Positions 26,946-42,912 of a stretch of 64,000 nucleotides of DNA are shown piece after piece; positions within the stretch are counted from its first letter, which is position 1, and each line of letters opens with the position of its first letter. The DNA is taken from positions 2,852,001 through 2,916,000 of the forward strand of contig CM022666.1 in assembly GCA_012295275.1 (NCBI GenBank), given 5' to 3'. A model generated the notes under the pieces. The model saw nothing but the letters and a program-made list of their open reading frames with translations, was not told the origin of the DNA and did not search any database. The stretch is from Chrysomallon squamiferum (Eukaryota; Animalia; Mollusca). Both the position numbers and the translations under genes were made by a program.

Positions 26946-28187
26946 TTAAAACAGTTCACTCAGAACAACTGAAGATGTAAAACAAAGAATCAGTTGTTTT
27001 CCTAATCATAAATAAAGAAATAAGAACTGAATGTGAGTAACTCCCAGCGAATGTCTCAACTACCCACCGTAAATCACCATCAAAACTGCATGCCAGCACA
27101 AATATGTTCCTTGTAGATAATACGTGCTTATCCCAGCTGGAATTTCACTGCTTGTCCTTGATACAGTTTCACTTATCTAGGCTGGAACTCACCAGTCTGA
27201 AGCTGCTTTCTGTTTATTATTGTTAATTTCTCTCGCTCTCTCTCCCTGTGTATTTATTTGATTGTATGATTACTGTCTGGTTGGTGTTGGTGTGTGTGTG
27301 TGTGTGTGTGTGTGTGATTTACAGAGATAGTTGTGCGAAAGTTCATGGATTATGTACAGTGATGAAAAGATACAGACACTGCTTAGTGCAATTCAGGTTG
27401 TGGGTACTTTTGTTGTTTTAACTTTGAAAATGCTGCTTAAGTTAACAGTTTAATTCAGTTCAGGAAGAGAGGACGAACTGATATGTATACATTTCTTTCT
27501 ACAAGTTACCCACTTACTAGATAGAAATGTGTACAGAGACAAACCCACTTATGCACACACATACACACACACACAGACACCTAAACACCTACATACATAC
27601 ATACAAACATAACTCTCTGTTACATACACAGATACACACACCTACAAACACACATATATACATAATACATATATGCATCCAAATATACATGTGTATGCAC
27701 ACACACACACAATCCTATCTACTCACACTCAAACACACTTAAAATACACACACACACACACTCACCTTCTTGAACAATATAAAATACATATAATTTTTCT
27801 GCTGCTGTTTTTATTGCAACACATAGCTGCAACACAACCACTGTGTTAACACATGGTGTGAAATATTTGTTTACAAGTTAGTATTCATACTTTTTATTGA
27901 TTTAATCGTTTCATGTACTGCATTAATGTCTCTGTAATGTTGTTTTTATATATTAAAAACTTGTTTACATGTTTATTTATTGTATTAACATTTCACCATT
28001 TTATTTATACACATGTTACATTTGAACTGCATATTATGGAGATGCAAGTACATTAATGTTTTATTTATTTTATTTTATTTTATTTTTTTTTTATTTTTTT
28101 TTTTATTTTTTTTCTTGTTTTTATTTATATATTTTTCAAAATTCATGTTTTGGATAAATAATATAACAGGATATGAAAGAATGTTTG

Positions 28188-28296
<109 letters not shown>

Positions 28297-28983
28297 ACAT
28301 ACATACAGACAAAATCACAGATACAGAGAGTAGACTAATAGTGACAACAACAGATAATTAAAAAGTACTTGCATGTCAACAACATAATAACAACTACATA
28401 CGCTTGCAGACAACAAACGTCCATTGACAAATTTATACTTTAATTATAGTTTTTCTTTTTACAGTTTTCTTTTTAAACAGATGCAGGGTCTTTGCGTTAC
28501 AGACTTTGGGTGCGTGTGCAAAACAAAGCTTGATCTTTATGATGCAAGTTTTCTCTTTTTATACCTTGTCTGTTCTTTTGAAAACCACCTCGATCTTTGA
28601 CAAATGAAAGCAATAGATCACTTACCTGCCATGAAATACATATTTAACCTGTTTGTTTTGACCAGTTTTATTACTTTGTTTAAGTAATATCATATTGTGT
28701 ACAGAACCAAAAATGAAAAGAATGAAAGTTTTTTTTTGTTAATGATACTGGGGAATTATTATTGAATGATGCATAAGTGATAATAAAAGTGTGTGTATTG
28801 TGAGAGAGAAAGAAAGTCATACAGTGAGGCAGTGATAGAGAGAGGGACATACAAAAAGAAAGATGGAGAGATAACAGAGATATAGATATACATAAAGTTA
28901 ATTGTACACACTTAAGAGAAAAGAACATTTTTTTCTATCATTTCAAATATATTTGTACCTCTCCACAATCATTCTCACACTTA

Positions 28984-29043
<60 letters not shown>

Positions 29044-30266
29044 ACTGAGAGAAATAATCTCCCTTTCTCTCTCTCTCTCTCTCTCACTTACCATCTCATC
29101 AAAAATGCTCCAATATCACACAAACATTAATAACAAAATAAAAAAAAAAATAAAAAATAAAAATAAAAAATCTTTTCCCAAAACAGAAACAACAGGTTAC
29201 TTGCTCAAGCTACATTCATCACACATATTTTAGCATGCAGAAGCTTTGTATATCTGGTAAGTGTAAATATTTATGTGTCTCACAACACCCTGGAGATTGT
29301 CCAGTTATCACAAAGAATTCGTACACAGTGACTGGACGACTCTTATTTCTGTCTGTGGCATCTGTGAAAAATTTAAGGAGAGGCAGAACAAACGAATAGA
29401 CAGATGGACTGATGAAATGGGATGGAAGGAAGGATGGACACACTGATGGAGTTGATAGATGGTATGGATGAAAGAATGTGCTATTTGTAGAAGCTTTAAA
29501 AGTGAAGGTAGATGAAATAAAATGGAAGGATGGATGGCATGATGGATGGACGGAAGGCTGGATGAAAGAACTTTCCAAGTGCAGAAACAAAAGGAAATGT
29601 TGATGAAATAGATGGAAGGAAGGATCATTGATTGGATGACGACTGTTCTAAGTGCAGAAAGTTTAACGGGAAAGAGAGATGAAATGAATGGATAGATGAA
29701 TAAATAAATATGTGGATAGATAGATGGAAAGATGAGTGAATGTATGTTATAAGTGTTGAATATTTAAAAAAAAAAAAAAAAAAAAAAACTGCTGCATTAC
29801 TGAAAGAGTACACATATGACTAAATAAAATTTTAAAATGTCCCATATGGAGAAAATTCTAAAACAAAAAGGTAGAAGACAGAAATAATGATTGATTAGAT
29901 GAAATAAAAAGTGAATAAAGGAAACTATAAGTTTAAAAAGAAAGGAAGGAAATACAATGAATTAAAAACAACAACACAAGACTTAATATAGTTTCAAATA
30001 AACAAGACTAGCAGATAATAATAAAAAAAGATTTAACTATATAAAAATAAAAATATTAATAATATAAGTAAATAAGTAACTAAAAATAAGAAATGAATAA
30101 ATAAAATCACCCTCAAATGGTATCTTTGTTCAGTTACTACTAGGATTTCACAACATTTCAGAAACTTCGACGATCTTTTATAAAACCTGTTTCTTTTTTA
30201 AAAAGCCTAAACTTAAGATGAATGCAGAAGAGAAAAAAAAAAAAAAAAAAAAAAAAAATGATATAG

Positions 30267-30354
30267 CTTCCGAAATTAGACATACACAAAGACAGATTAT
30301 AAGTTTTATATTACACAAAGCTTCAAAAAAAAAAAAGATATTCTGTTGTAAAAA
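30267..30354 (+). repeat. Dispersed ~87-bp repeat, copy 1
   Basis: CTTCC.AAATTAGACA.ACACAAAGACAGATTATAAGTTTTATAT...AAAGCTTC...AAAAGATATTC.GTTGTAAAAA is also present at 37022-37108. Confidence 0.9.
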
Positions 30355-30675
30355 GGTGGTAAACATGGATTAAATTTTTTATAAGCAGTGTTGTCATATG
30401 AAGCAGAAATAAAAAAAATAAAAAAAATGTTACGTTTTTATGTATGTTTTATTGTGTATATGTTTATCTTAATATGTAGGTATATATAAATATAAGTGTG
30501 TGTGTGTGTGTGTGTAACTATATATGAATATATGTATGAACAAACATATCTGTGTATGAGCATGTATGTAAATATATTATGTATGTATGCACGCATGCAT
30601 GATTTATTGACAGATATGTATATGTTGACAGATGGATTTGAATGATGTTTTTTGTGTGTGTGTGTGTGTGTGTGT

Positions 30676-30709
<34 letters not shown>

Positions 30710-31363
30710 CATGTGCTGATAATAAAATGAATAACCACCTTTACAAAATAAAAAATTCTAAACATGACCCAGTTTTTATTGCGTCTTGCAGGATACTAAA
30801 AAATGGTTATAAAAATAAATAACTGCCTTTATAAAGCAGTAATAAGAAGGCAAATCATGGTCTTTAGAAAAAAAAAAAATTATAATAACATGAACGACTG
30901 CCTTTTTAAAAAATAAGCCTTTTCAGGACCCACTTTTCATTGTTGGGAGGTTGGACATTAAAAAAAATAATAAAAAAAAAAAAAAAAAAAATAATAATAA
31001 TATTAATAACTGCTTTTTTAAACAATGATAACAATAAAAGAAATAACTGCTTTATGAAGATAATATGTATAACCATAATAGTAATATAAATAATAATCAT
31101 TACAATAATAATAATAATAATAATTATAGTAGTAGAATAATAATAATAATAAAATCTTGCCTTACTTTAGATTAATTTAAAAAAAAAAAAAAAAAAAAAG
31201 TGGGTGATAGGGCTGGTGGGGAGAGACGTTGTAAAGAATGGAGCTGCATTAATTTCCAACCTGCCACATTTTTCTTTATACACAGTGAGTTGCTATAACC
31301 AACGACATTATATTTATTAACGTCACCATGTCAGTGAACTCTTTAGTCACAGAAGGCAAACTA

Positions 31364-31400
<37 letters not shown>

Positions 31401-32230
31401 AGGAAAATTCTTATTTCTGGACAATGTCAACATTAGTTTCAGTTTAGTGGAAAAAAAAAAAAAAAAAAAAAAAAACACAAAGTTAAATTTGTATTTCTAA
31501 AAATATTATCAAAAAGAAATGAATGCAGATAAGATTTCGACAGATGATTTATTATTATTATAATTATTTTTATTTTTATTTATTTATTTTTTCATAAAGG
31601 AAAAAGAAGAATGAAACAACAGGTACTGAATTTCATCAACAGGATATAGTCACTCCAAATGATGCAGCTGTCGACACAAAAGGTCATATGCAAATAGGGG
31701 GTCCTATAGATTACAGTGAAGTACAACAAAGATGAAAAACAACCTGCTGTTTTAACATTATTTAATATCCTCGCACTCAAACAACAGACTGTTATTTTAT
31801 TTTTGTTTCGTTTTATTTATTATTAATCTAGTTGTGTATTTAGGATTTGTCTGATTTCTTTTTCATGTGTTTTAATTTCTTTTTTTTTTTTAATCAGATA
31901 AATATAAACAATAATGGTCTCTTTGTTTGTTTGTTTGTTTGTTTATATCTAATAACTAAAAGGTTATCCAATCATATAAGCCATATTTAAATTGCATGTA
32001 ACGTGGTAACTGTAGTTGTTATTTTAATGTTACAAGGAATTCAGTAAATATATTAAAACAGAAAAGAAGTCCAGAAATTCTTTTGGTAATGAGTAAAATA
32101 AACACATAACAACAATATTAATGATGTTGATAAAATGTATGATGATGTTAGCAATAATTATTAAGTCAGTAATAATAATGATAAAGAAATAGAGGCAACT
32201 AATAAATGTTAAGGATAATAATGATATAAT

Positions 32231-32262
<32 letters not shown>

Positions 32263-32730
32263 ATTAATAATAATAGTAGTAACATTAAATAATAGTAATA
32301 ATAGTAAAAATAGTAGTAATAGTAAAAATAGTAGTAATAATAATCATAATAATAAATGATGGATAACAATTATGAAAATGATGAAGACTGATGATGGCAA
32401 TGATTGTAAAATTAAATAAGGAAATAAAACAAAGGGTGATTAATGATAAGGAAGAAGATACTCACATGACAATGGTGACACAACTACTATCATTACACAA
32501 ACACCCACACACCTGGTATCAAATTCACACCAGCATTTTCAAGAACAGCAAAACATTTAACTGAGCTCACAATCTTTTATTTTTTTTATTTTTTTTTTTT
32601 AACAATAAAATTTTTAAAAATTTATGGTATAAAACTGAAACATTTCACACTTAAAAAAAAATGGACTTCGTGAATAAAATCTGAAAAGGGCGTAACATTT
32701 CTTGTCAAAAAAAAAATAATATTGAAAGCT

Positions 32731-32756
32731 GGGAAATTTCCAGTGGGGATTTCCCC
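32731..32756. promoter_or_regulatory. Tandem NF-kB/Rel-type sites
   Basis: GGGAAATTTCC (32731-32741) and GGGGATTTCCCC (32745-32756), 3 bp apart. Confidence 0.45.
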
Positions 32757-33347
32757 AAATGATGTAATTCTAATATTCTAAGGAATCCATCGCCAAATAT
32801 GGAAGTAAGGAGGAAAAGACAGTGGTTGTGTAATTATCACATGTGGAAACAAGGAAATAAAACAATGAATGATGAAGAAAAGTTACTGAATGAGATCACG
32901 TTTTTTAACTGTTACTAATAGAGTCAGAAATAAACATGACCAGGAAAAAACCCAGTAATAAATAATAATAATAATAATAATGTTACTGGTAATAATAAAA
33001 ATAACAATAACAAGAATAATAATTAATTAAATTTAGGAAGTCATGTATTTACACTTTGAACATTAAAAATAATAATAATGATGATAATAACTAACTATAA
33101 TAATAATTAATTAATTTTAAGATATATTTACATTTTGCGAACATTAAATTTATTTTTAATAATAACAGTAACAACAACAACAACAACATCATCATCAACT
33201 GGAACAACAACAAGAATTATAACAGTAACTAAAAATAGCCAAACAGTCAATGAAGACTAAACAACAAAACAATCCGTTACATTTTGAACATCATTATGTA
33301 TTATCTTTTCATTTACAAACATTACTAAAATAATAATAATAATAATA

Positions 33348-33390
<43 letters not shown>

Positions 33391-35221
33391 TAAATAAAAA
33401 TTAATTAATAATAACAAAATAACCGGACAGATAAGAGACACCCATCAATTAACTATCAGACAGTATGTCCGCCCATTTTTTTTTTTTTAGGACATTAACG
33501 AAAGATAAAGAAATAAATTTACCAGATACAAATGACAGTCGTGCCTTATGCTCCTGACAACCACACCCACCCACACACACACACAGAGAGACACACACCT
33601 GTGTGTGTGTGTGGAAAAACGAGTTGAAAAGTTCACTTTGCATATACATCAAAGTTAGAATTTTCTAAATACATTTTGTCATCGTCCTTGACAACCAGGG
33701 ATAAGTCTGACATATTCCAGCTGGCCTTTTAAACTAGGCAAGAAATATTTCTGCCAAGCTGGTTTTCAAAAACAGTTAATGTATACAGGTTTTGGGGTTT
33801 TTTTTTTGTGTGTATGTGTGTGTGTGTGCTTTTTTTTTTAACCAAGAGGATATTTAGATCTCCTAAAAATAAAAAAAACCAAGAAGAAATTTGTCTTATC
33901 TGTTTTATTTATAGATAGTCTGCAGTCTATTAATGATATGGGAGAGGTCAGCTGGTGTAACTGTTTTGTCTCTCTTTTTTTTTTTTTTTTTTTTAAGTTT
34001 GTTATATTTGTTTTTAATAAAGTTTGTATAAAAAAAAAGATTGTTATAAATTTTGTATAGTAATAACAGATGCTGCTAGTCTTTCTGAAGTGTGTGTGCA
34101 TGTGTGTGTGTGTGTTTATGTGAGGGCAAGTGTTAATGTAAGTATGTGTGTGTATATATATATATATATATATGGCAGTGTGTCTGTCTATGTGTATGTT
34201 TGTGTATGTGAATATATGTTCATATTCATAAATGTGCATGAAACTGTATTTATAAATGTTTATGTATATGTGTGTATTTATATTATATATTTAAAATAGA
34301 GTTAAAAAAAAAAAAAAAAAATAAAGAGAATACTTCAATTTCTTTTCTCTAAATATAGGCCTATATATTGAAATATATAAGTAGTAAGCAGACTGTAACA
34401 TAAAACATTAACATAAATAGTGTGTATATATATATATAAGCATACGTTACCTATAAATTATATACAAACTGTGTAATACAAGAATATATTATATATGGCA
34501 GTACTTATAAAATAATAGAATTTCTTCCAATCAATATTTTCTTCATTATTTATTCCTTTATAAAGCGAACACAATCTACGGCTACTGTGCAACCATACTA
34601 ACATACCATACAGCCATTATCATTCGACTACTACAAAAATACACCCATAAATAAATCTCAGATTAAAAAAAAAAAGAGAAAAAAAAGAAAAGAAGAGAAA
34701 GTTGAAAGAAATACAAAAAAAAATCCATAATGTGTGTATAGAATAAAGGCAGTTTGGAGCTTGAAGCTTGAAGCCAGGTCAGGTTAAAAATATGTGTGAC
34801 GTGTGCAGATGTTTTAATGTCAGTGAAACAACATGCTAAATTTACTGCAGTCAAAATAGGTATGACGCAAACACACATACAGACAGACATTAAACATGCA
34901 TTTTAATCAGCTTGTCAAGATGAACTGAAACTTGTTAAAAATATGTTACACATGTACATGTATCACACATATGTGCATGCACAAACCCACACACACATAT
35001 TTACCACATATGTACAAACACCAACAAACAAACAAAAGAGAGAGATATGTATATAAATAGCTGAACAGTTAAGCCAAAAATATGTGTACAACACATACAT
35101 ACATACATACATACATGCATGCATATATACAAATAATTATAATGGATGTAAACAGCTGAATTCAATCTTATTTAAAATGTATACTAAACACAAACAAACT
35201 CCACCACTAGAAACACAGACA

Positions 35222-35321
<100 letters not shown>

Positions 35322-36953
35322 CCAAAGAACTTCAATGGCTGGACAAGCCACAATCACTACAAGCTCTACAAGCCAGTCGAGTCAAAACAGTGTAGCAGGA
35401 CACACTTTCACAACCGAGGACATTTTAACCTCTGCAGATCAATACTCAAACACGAGATTCCACGGTGGCCACTCTGGTGGCTTGGCTACGTACACCACCA
35501 CATCCACCACGCAATTACCCAGATAGGATCAGCCAAGACATTACAGCTCTTACTGTACAGCTCAGTGCTTCTGAGTCAGCCTAAAGCATTCTAACCACAT
35601 CTTGATGGTCTTGCATTAGAGTGGACACCTACGGAGACAAGAGAGATCTGGTGTACGGAAGGTGAGGGGGCTGGATCTGGATCTGGATCTGGTGGCTTGA
35701 TGGCTGTTTCCAGTTTTTGTGATTAGGCTCTGGACAGCTGGCTGCAGGTGTAATTGAGATTGTGTTGTAATTGGTCTTTCAGAAAGCTCTCACCTTTATT
35801 AAAGCAGACAGACATACTGGGAGACAAATGGACAGGCAGATGTGTGTAAATTGTAATTAAAAATACATGCATGGAGATGTGAAGCAGACAAACACAAACA
35901 CAAATACACACAAACAATAACAAACACACACACACAACTCAAAGACAGAGGCAAAAACACACACAAATTGTAAATAAATGCAATTATAGGATAAATATAT
36001 TCATAATTACTTCTTCATCCACTATTCTGTCTATCCATCTATTTATAATCAAAATAACATAAATTAAAATCCAACTACAATAATATTTTAAAACACACAC
36101 ACACACACACACTCACATACATATACATATACAGACATGTACACACACTATGTCAAAAAAAAAAAAAAAAAATTATCACACTTATATTAATTTATACATC
36201 CAACTTTTACATCACAAAACAACAAAAACAACAACAACAAAAAACAACACTCTTCCTGTATGAAAATGAAAACATAGACACTGACTCCATCAAAAGGACA
36301 GTAAAAGTCTTCTTGCACTAACTAATCAGGAAGACTGAAAAAAGAGGAAGAGAGAAGAACACCATGCAGTGTATAGTATTCAGATACACTTGTAACTTGT
36401 TCTACTCACTAATTAAATTACACACTGACCTAAATATGTGCAGATTTGACACAGTGATAGATAGATGAGATAGACAGATAGACATATAGACAGAGAAAGA
36501 GTCAGAGATGAAGAAAAAGTGAGAGAGAGAGAGAAAATGATAGAGAATCAGATTAATGAAGTGACAGTGAGAATGAGAGGAATAAAAAAAACAGAAATAA
36601 ACAGAAAAAGAAAGAATGAGAGAGAAATAAAAGATAGATGAATTGAGAAAGAAGAGAAAGAAAAAGTGTTTATGTGGGCTGTATGTGTGATTATGTGCAC
36701 GTACAACATACATATACACACACAGTTGAGCAGTTAATACTGAAACATAACAAAATATAAAAACTTTGTCATTAAAAAAAATCATTATCTTCCTGTTTTA
36801 AAATTTAACAGCACACATAAATATTGAAGAAAAATAAAATAAAATAAAATAAAATAAAATAAAACAAAATAAATAATAAATAAAATAGCAGTAAAGAAAT
36901 AAATAAAAAATAAATTGATAAATCAATATTACTACTACTAAAACTTGTAACTT

Positions 36954-36986
<33 letters not shown>

Positions 36987-37021
36987 CAACAACAACAACA
37001 ATAATTTTTTTTTAAAAAAAC

Positions 37022-37108
37022 CTTCCTAAATTAGACAAACACAAAGACAGATTATAAGTTTTATATCATGCAAAAGCTTCCAAAATAAAAGATATTCAGT
37101 TGTAAAAA
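37022..37108 (+). repeat. Dispersed ~87-bp repeat, copy 2
   Basis: Direct-orientation match to 30267-30354. Confidence 0.9.
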
Positions 37109-37353
37109 AACCCACAATATTTCCCAGTCAATTTAAAGAAAAAAAACAAATGACTTTACATCACAGCAGACATTATACATGTGTCACTATTAATGGTGAC
37201 AAGATAAATGAGATGAGTAAATGTTAAGGTGACATATATGTCACATTTTGTGTTTTACGTAGGCCTGCAGACAGACTGAGACAAAGTGTGGGAAAAGTGT
37301 AAAGAGACTGAAAATAAGATAGGGAGAGAGAGAGGAGTGGGGGAAGGAAGGGA

Positions 37354-37402
<49 letters not shown>

Positions 37403-37481
37403 ATAATAGAGAACTGAGATAAAGTTTAATATGAATAAAAAAAAAATTCAAATATACTAATACTGCTGTTATTTGCAGAAA

Positions 37482-37561
<80 letters not shown>

Positions 37562-37666
37562 AACATTTAAGTTAACATAAACATGGGACATTAATAAATA
37601 TATATATATATATATATTTTACTTATTCATTCATTTATTTTATTATTATTATTTTTATTATTATTA

Positions 37667-37715
<49 letters not shown>

Positions 37716-40700
37716 CATTAATTAAAAAGCCAGATAACCATAATTACACAACATTCACAGCTCTATACGAGAAATAAAATGTAAAAAACCTTGATTTTTA
37801 AAAAAAAAAAATAAAAAAAATTCTTCACAACTATTATTTCAACTCATCAACGAGTACTAAACGTCAAATGATTATATGTGTTATAATTAAACACGTATCT
37901 GTTTTAATTTGAAAACGTTTACAAAAGACTATCTGACGATGTATCTGGATGATCGACCAAGCGAGAAATACACATCGCTGACTGATCAGAGAGATTTTCA
38001 GCATCACAACAGACATCTGTAATTGAAATAAACATCTGTGCACATCTTCGGTCCATACGGTGAAAACGTAATTGGCAAAGGCTGGTGCTCCGCATACAAA
38101 GGACAAAAATGCAGCAGATGCAGAGAGAAAAATGCCAAAAATGTGAACAAGAAAGTTTAGCGCAAGTAAACAAGAAAGTGGCAAACAAGAAAATGTGGCA
38201 GATGTAAATAAGATCTTGCATCAGGGACAAACAACGAAAAAATGGAGCAAATTTAAAGAAGGGAAGGTAACAGACCTGAATTTGAGAATGAAGCAGAAGT
38301 GAATGTGAAAATGAGGCTTTGCATGGAAATGAGTAATGAAAATGAAGTGAGCTGATGTAAACATAGATGGTATAAGTTAGATTAATAAAAATAATAAAAG
38401 TGATTTAACAAAACTGAAAAAAGAAAAATAGAGAACATGATTTAAAAAGAATAAAAAGGAAATTCATAATGAAAAAATATTGAATCAAAGAAAGAAAAAA
38501 AAACTGGAAAAAAAAATACAAAGAAACAAAGAAATGAAAAATAAGAAACATCAAGTGAAATAAGGAAAGAAAGCAATAAGAGAAAAATGAAAGAATGAAA
38601 AGAATGATAAAATGAAAGAGAAAGACGACAAAAGATAAAAAAAAATAAATATCAAAAAAAAAAAAAAAAAAAATGAAGAACAAAAGACAGAAACAAAACA
38701 AATAAAAGAACAACAAATTAAAAAAGAATAACAATGTACAAACGCAGACGCACAAAACTCCAAATTACGCAAGACAGAGAAAGAATAAAACAAAAACGTA
38801 ACAACAGCAAAGCCATAACAAATCAGAAACCCTTTCAACCGTTGTCCCTCTCTCTCGGATGGAGTAATAGCACTGCACTTTTGCAGTGCAAGTAATCTTG
38901 TCTGCTGCAGCAAGAAGCCTCAGCCATAATCACTGCCCTCAGATAACCAGGTTGCCTCACAACAATTTTCACCCAATACGTAACATGCTTAGTGGGATTG
39001 GTAACTGTTCTGGCGAGCGAGTGAGGCAAAGTTACATCACATTTGACATGGTAACACACATATACACACAAACACACACAACTTAAGATCTGTTTTATTA
39101 ACACTGTGTGTCATCTCAGGTCAAAATTTTAGCTTTGGTGAGGTGAGGTGAGAGCGTATGTGCCCATGAGAGGCATGCTTGAACAATTTTGGGATGGACG
39201 CTAGGTAAAAAATATACTGATTCTGGAATATGTACAGATACATTATATGTAAAGATACAAATACACACACACATATATACATACTTAGTTATTTATAAGC
39301 ACACACACACACACACACACACTCACACACACAGATTAATTTAGAATGATACAGACAGCTGTAGAGATAGACAAATAGATATACAGATTAATTTATCAAT
39401 ACTGTCACACATAAAAATTCACCATAAATGCATGCACAAATACCTAAATACAAAAATATATATATATATATACATATGTATGTATGTATGTATGCTTCTA
39501 CATATGAATAAACCAAACAACCATGCTAAATTTCCAAAATTAACAAAGAAACAAATTAAACCCTTATCTCTCCAAAACCCTTCACCCTCTCTACCAATCA
39601 ATTCTCCAGAATGTTCCTCATTCTGCAGCATAATTAATCTAAATTCCTAGTTGTTTTGTTTTTTCTTCTTCTTCACAAAACACAGTTTTCACAGCACATG
39701 ACTCTTAGCACACACACACACGCACACACAACACACAGAACAGAGGAGGAGAAGAGAAGAGCTGTAAGACAAACGATTTAATTATAACCTACTGCGCCAT
39801 CGAATGTGGCAATTTTTATCAAATCACTCCCCGTTAAACCAATTTGGTGCATTTGTATTTCGACAGTCAAACATTAATTATTCACGAGCACATGTGTGAA
39901 ATATTCAAACTGTTTCAACTAAAAAAAAAAAAAAAAAAAAAAAAAAAATGTGGTATTTTCAAAGCACAGCTTCAGGGAAAATATTTAATAAAAAAAAAAA
40001 AAAAAAAAAATAAAAAAAAAAAAATTTATATTAGTATGAAGTTTGGTGATTTTATTATTATGCTGTTGTATGGATGAGCTATGAATAATGATTTTTTTTT
40101 TTTAAATATTTTTCTATCTTAAATAAATATTTTATCTTTTTGTTATTATTAATATTATGGTGATTACTGTTATTATCATATTCATCAGTATTATTATTAT
40201 TATTATTATTATTCTCATGAAAATTATTAATAATTATCGAATTTTCTTTGTCATCAATATAATCATAATAAATTTTCATTATTATCATCATCATCATCAT
40301 CATTCTCTCTATTTCTATTGTCATCGTTATTTATGGACCCTAGACTTGTATGTTCTAAAAATAATTTAACACTATTATATATGCCTTTACAGAAAAGGAA
40401 ATTTTCGTTCAATATATAAAAGTGAAAGAAATGTGGCAAGAATAGAACATTTGCTCACAGTACACCAGACATTCTTAAACATCCATAAAACCAAGGTCAG
40501 TTACACAAATAAACAGTTACTGTTCAAATCAATATGTAAGGTAGAATGAAAATTTTTATTATTTTTTCCCCGAAATATTAAACATATCATTATGAATATT
40601 TATGAAAATTAGTCAAAACTATGTAATTATTTTTCTATAAAAACATACACTAAGGTGATTCATTTTTTTTAATATTTAATTTTGTCATAAAACAGATAAA

Positions 40701-42056
40701 AATTAATTAAAAATTGCTTATTCTACATATATGAGCTCTGTTCAGCATATGTCACCATGTTATAGCATGCCAGACGATTCAGTCTGTAAAGACTATTTGA
40801 CAGTGACTGGATTCTGCTGGTTAAAGATTAAGATTATGTGATATATTTTGGATATGTTCAAACTGTTATGGATTAAAGATTAATGATTAGCCTAGACTTA
40901 TGTTATTGCATATTATTTAACCTAACACAACTTTCCTTTGGAAATATCATAGAAAGATTAACTGTGATATTTATGTTTATTTTTTAAGTTATTATTACAG
41001 AGGCCAGTGTATTTGGTTCTTTTTATTATCATTGTTACTATTTAGAATATAACTGCTGTTTTTCCTCAGAAAAATATTATGATACATATTTAAAGATTAA
41101 TATGCACACACACATACACACATACAGACACGCAGACAAACATACCTGCATTATTACGTATCAAATGGTACTAACACTCTCTCTTGAATAACATTAACAA
41201 ACGTTATTATAAAGTCAAATCTACTTATAAATTAATGCAAATTAAAACTCTTTTATTTTGTCTATGCACTAAAGACATTTAAAGTATCATTTTCTAACTA
41301 AATATTCAACATCTTAGTATATAGTTTTTATTTTATTATTTTTTTTTTAACACAATATTAAATAACAAAGGAAGGTATCACTTCAAGGTAACAGTCGGAT
41401 ATAATATCTGCTCATTTTGGAATTGATTTTGTAAATAAATACATTTTTATTGCAGTTTTCGTTTCATTAGAAGGTGCAAGTATTATCGGTTACAAATTTT
41501 ATTTTATTATTTAATAAGCAAAGTTAATTCCCATAGTCTCATTTTACACTGATTAATATTAATAAAATGGTAATATGAAAACATTTAACACCTAATAAAA
41601 AAAAAAAAAATTAAAACGGATACATTTTTCGAAGCTGTTTTGAGTCTTTCGCTTCTCCTTTTTTTAATTTAATTTTTTTTTTTTTTTTAACTTAAATCAA
41701 AATGAATGTTTCTGTTTGATTTTTTTGTTTGTTTCTGAAAAATGTACCCACATATACCTATCCACCTACCCACTTTCCTGTTCCCTTATCTTTTCATCCA
41801 TCTTTCTGTTTTTACCTATTTCTCTCAGTCTGCGTACCTTTGTTAGGTACGCAGTTTGTACGCAGGTTATAGATTATTTTTTCTCATTACAACAACTACA
41901 TATATAAATATAATTCACTTCTAGATCTTATTGTCCATTGTAATTTTCACATATTGATTTACTTACCAGGATTATTACTCTGACAAAGGAGCCTACAGAC
42001 AGATTTCAGATATTTTAGGAACAGTTAAAATGAAGAAGAAAACATAAGAGAGAACA

Positions 42057-42110
<54 letters not shown>

Positions 42111-42541
42111 TCAATAATAATAAGAAGAATAACATATAATTAAAGTTTTTGATAAAGAAATATTTATATGATTAACAAATTTTTAGTATTTAATTTCTTT
42201 CTCTTTGGTTCATGCATGCATGCATACATGTGCATGTTTTTCCATGCATGTACACACATTCCTAACAATCTTCCTCTGACTTTTTTACTTTTTTTTATTT
42301 ATTTATTATTTTTACATACATCACTAACTAAATATATATATATATATATTTTTTTTTTATATATCTATATAACCTTTACTGATGAAATATCCTTTCAACC
42401 AAAGCCTAATACTTAACTAGATTAAATGAGACTTTTGTCATTTTTCATGTGCATTCAGACAAATATAGGAATACAAAACCCATGCAATTTTTTTATTTAC
42501 TCTGTCTGGCAAACACTTAAAATTTACCAAAAATGATAAAT

Positions 42542-42574
<33 letters not shown>

Positions 42575-42878
42575 TTAATAATAATTTTTTTGACTGTGAC
42601 AATTTTGAAAACATTTTTCCTTCCTTCCTTCCTGGATCTGCAGTCATACATAACACTAACAAATTAAAAATCACTGAAAAAACTACTTCAGCGAGATACA
42701 AAAATCACAAAAGCTCCCTTCAACTGTAACAAGCTTAAAAACAACATTTTGAATATCTCTTCTTCTCTGTGACGCTTGAATGTCACAAAAGAAAAAGGAC
42801 CCCTTTAGTCTAAAGCCAAGCCAAACCAAACCCCCTTTTGTTATATGATCACCTGTCCAAAATTACCAATAACCATGT

Positions 42879-42912
<34 letters not shown>

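Noticed and set aside
28620-28632. ACTTACCTG as a U1 snRNA 5' end
   Set aside because: The downstream sequence does not continue as U1; it is simply the reverse complement of a consensus donor.
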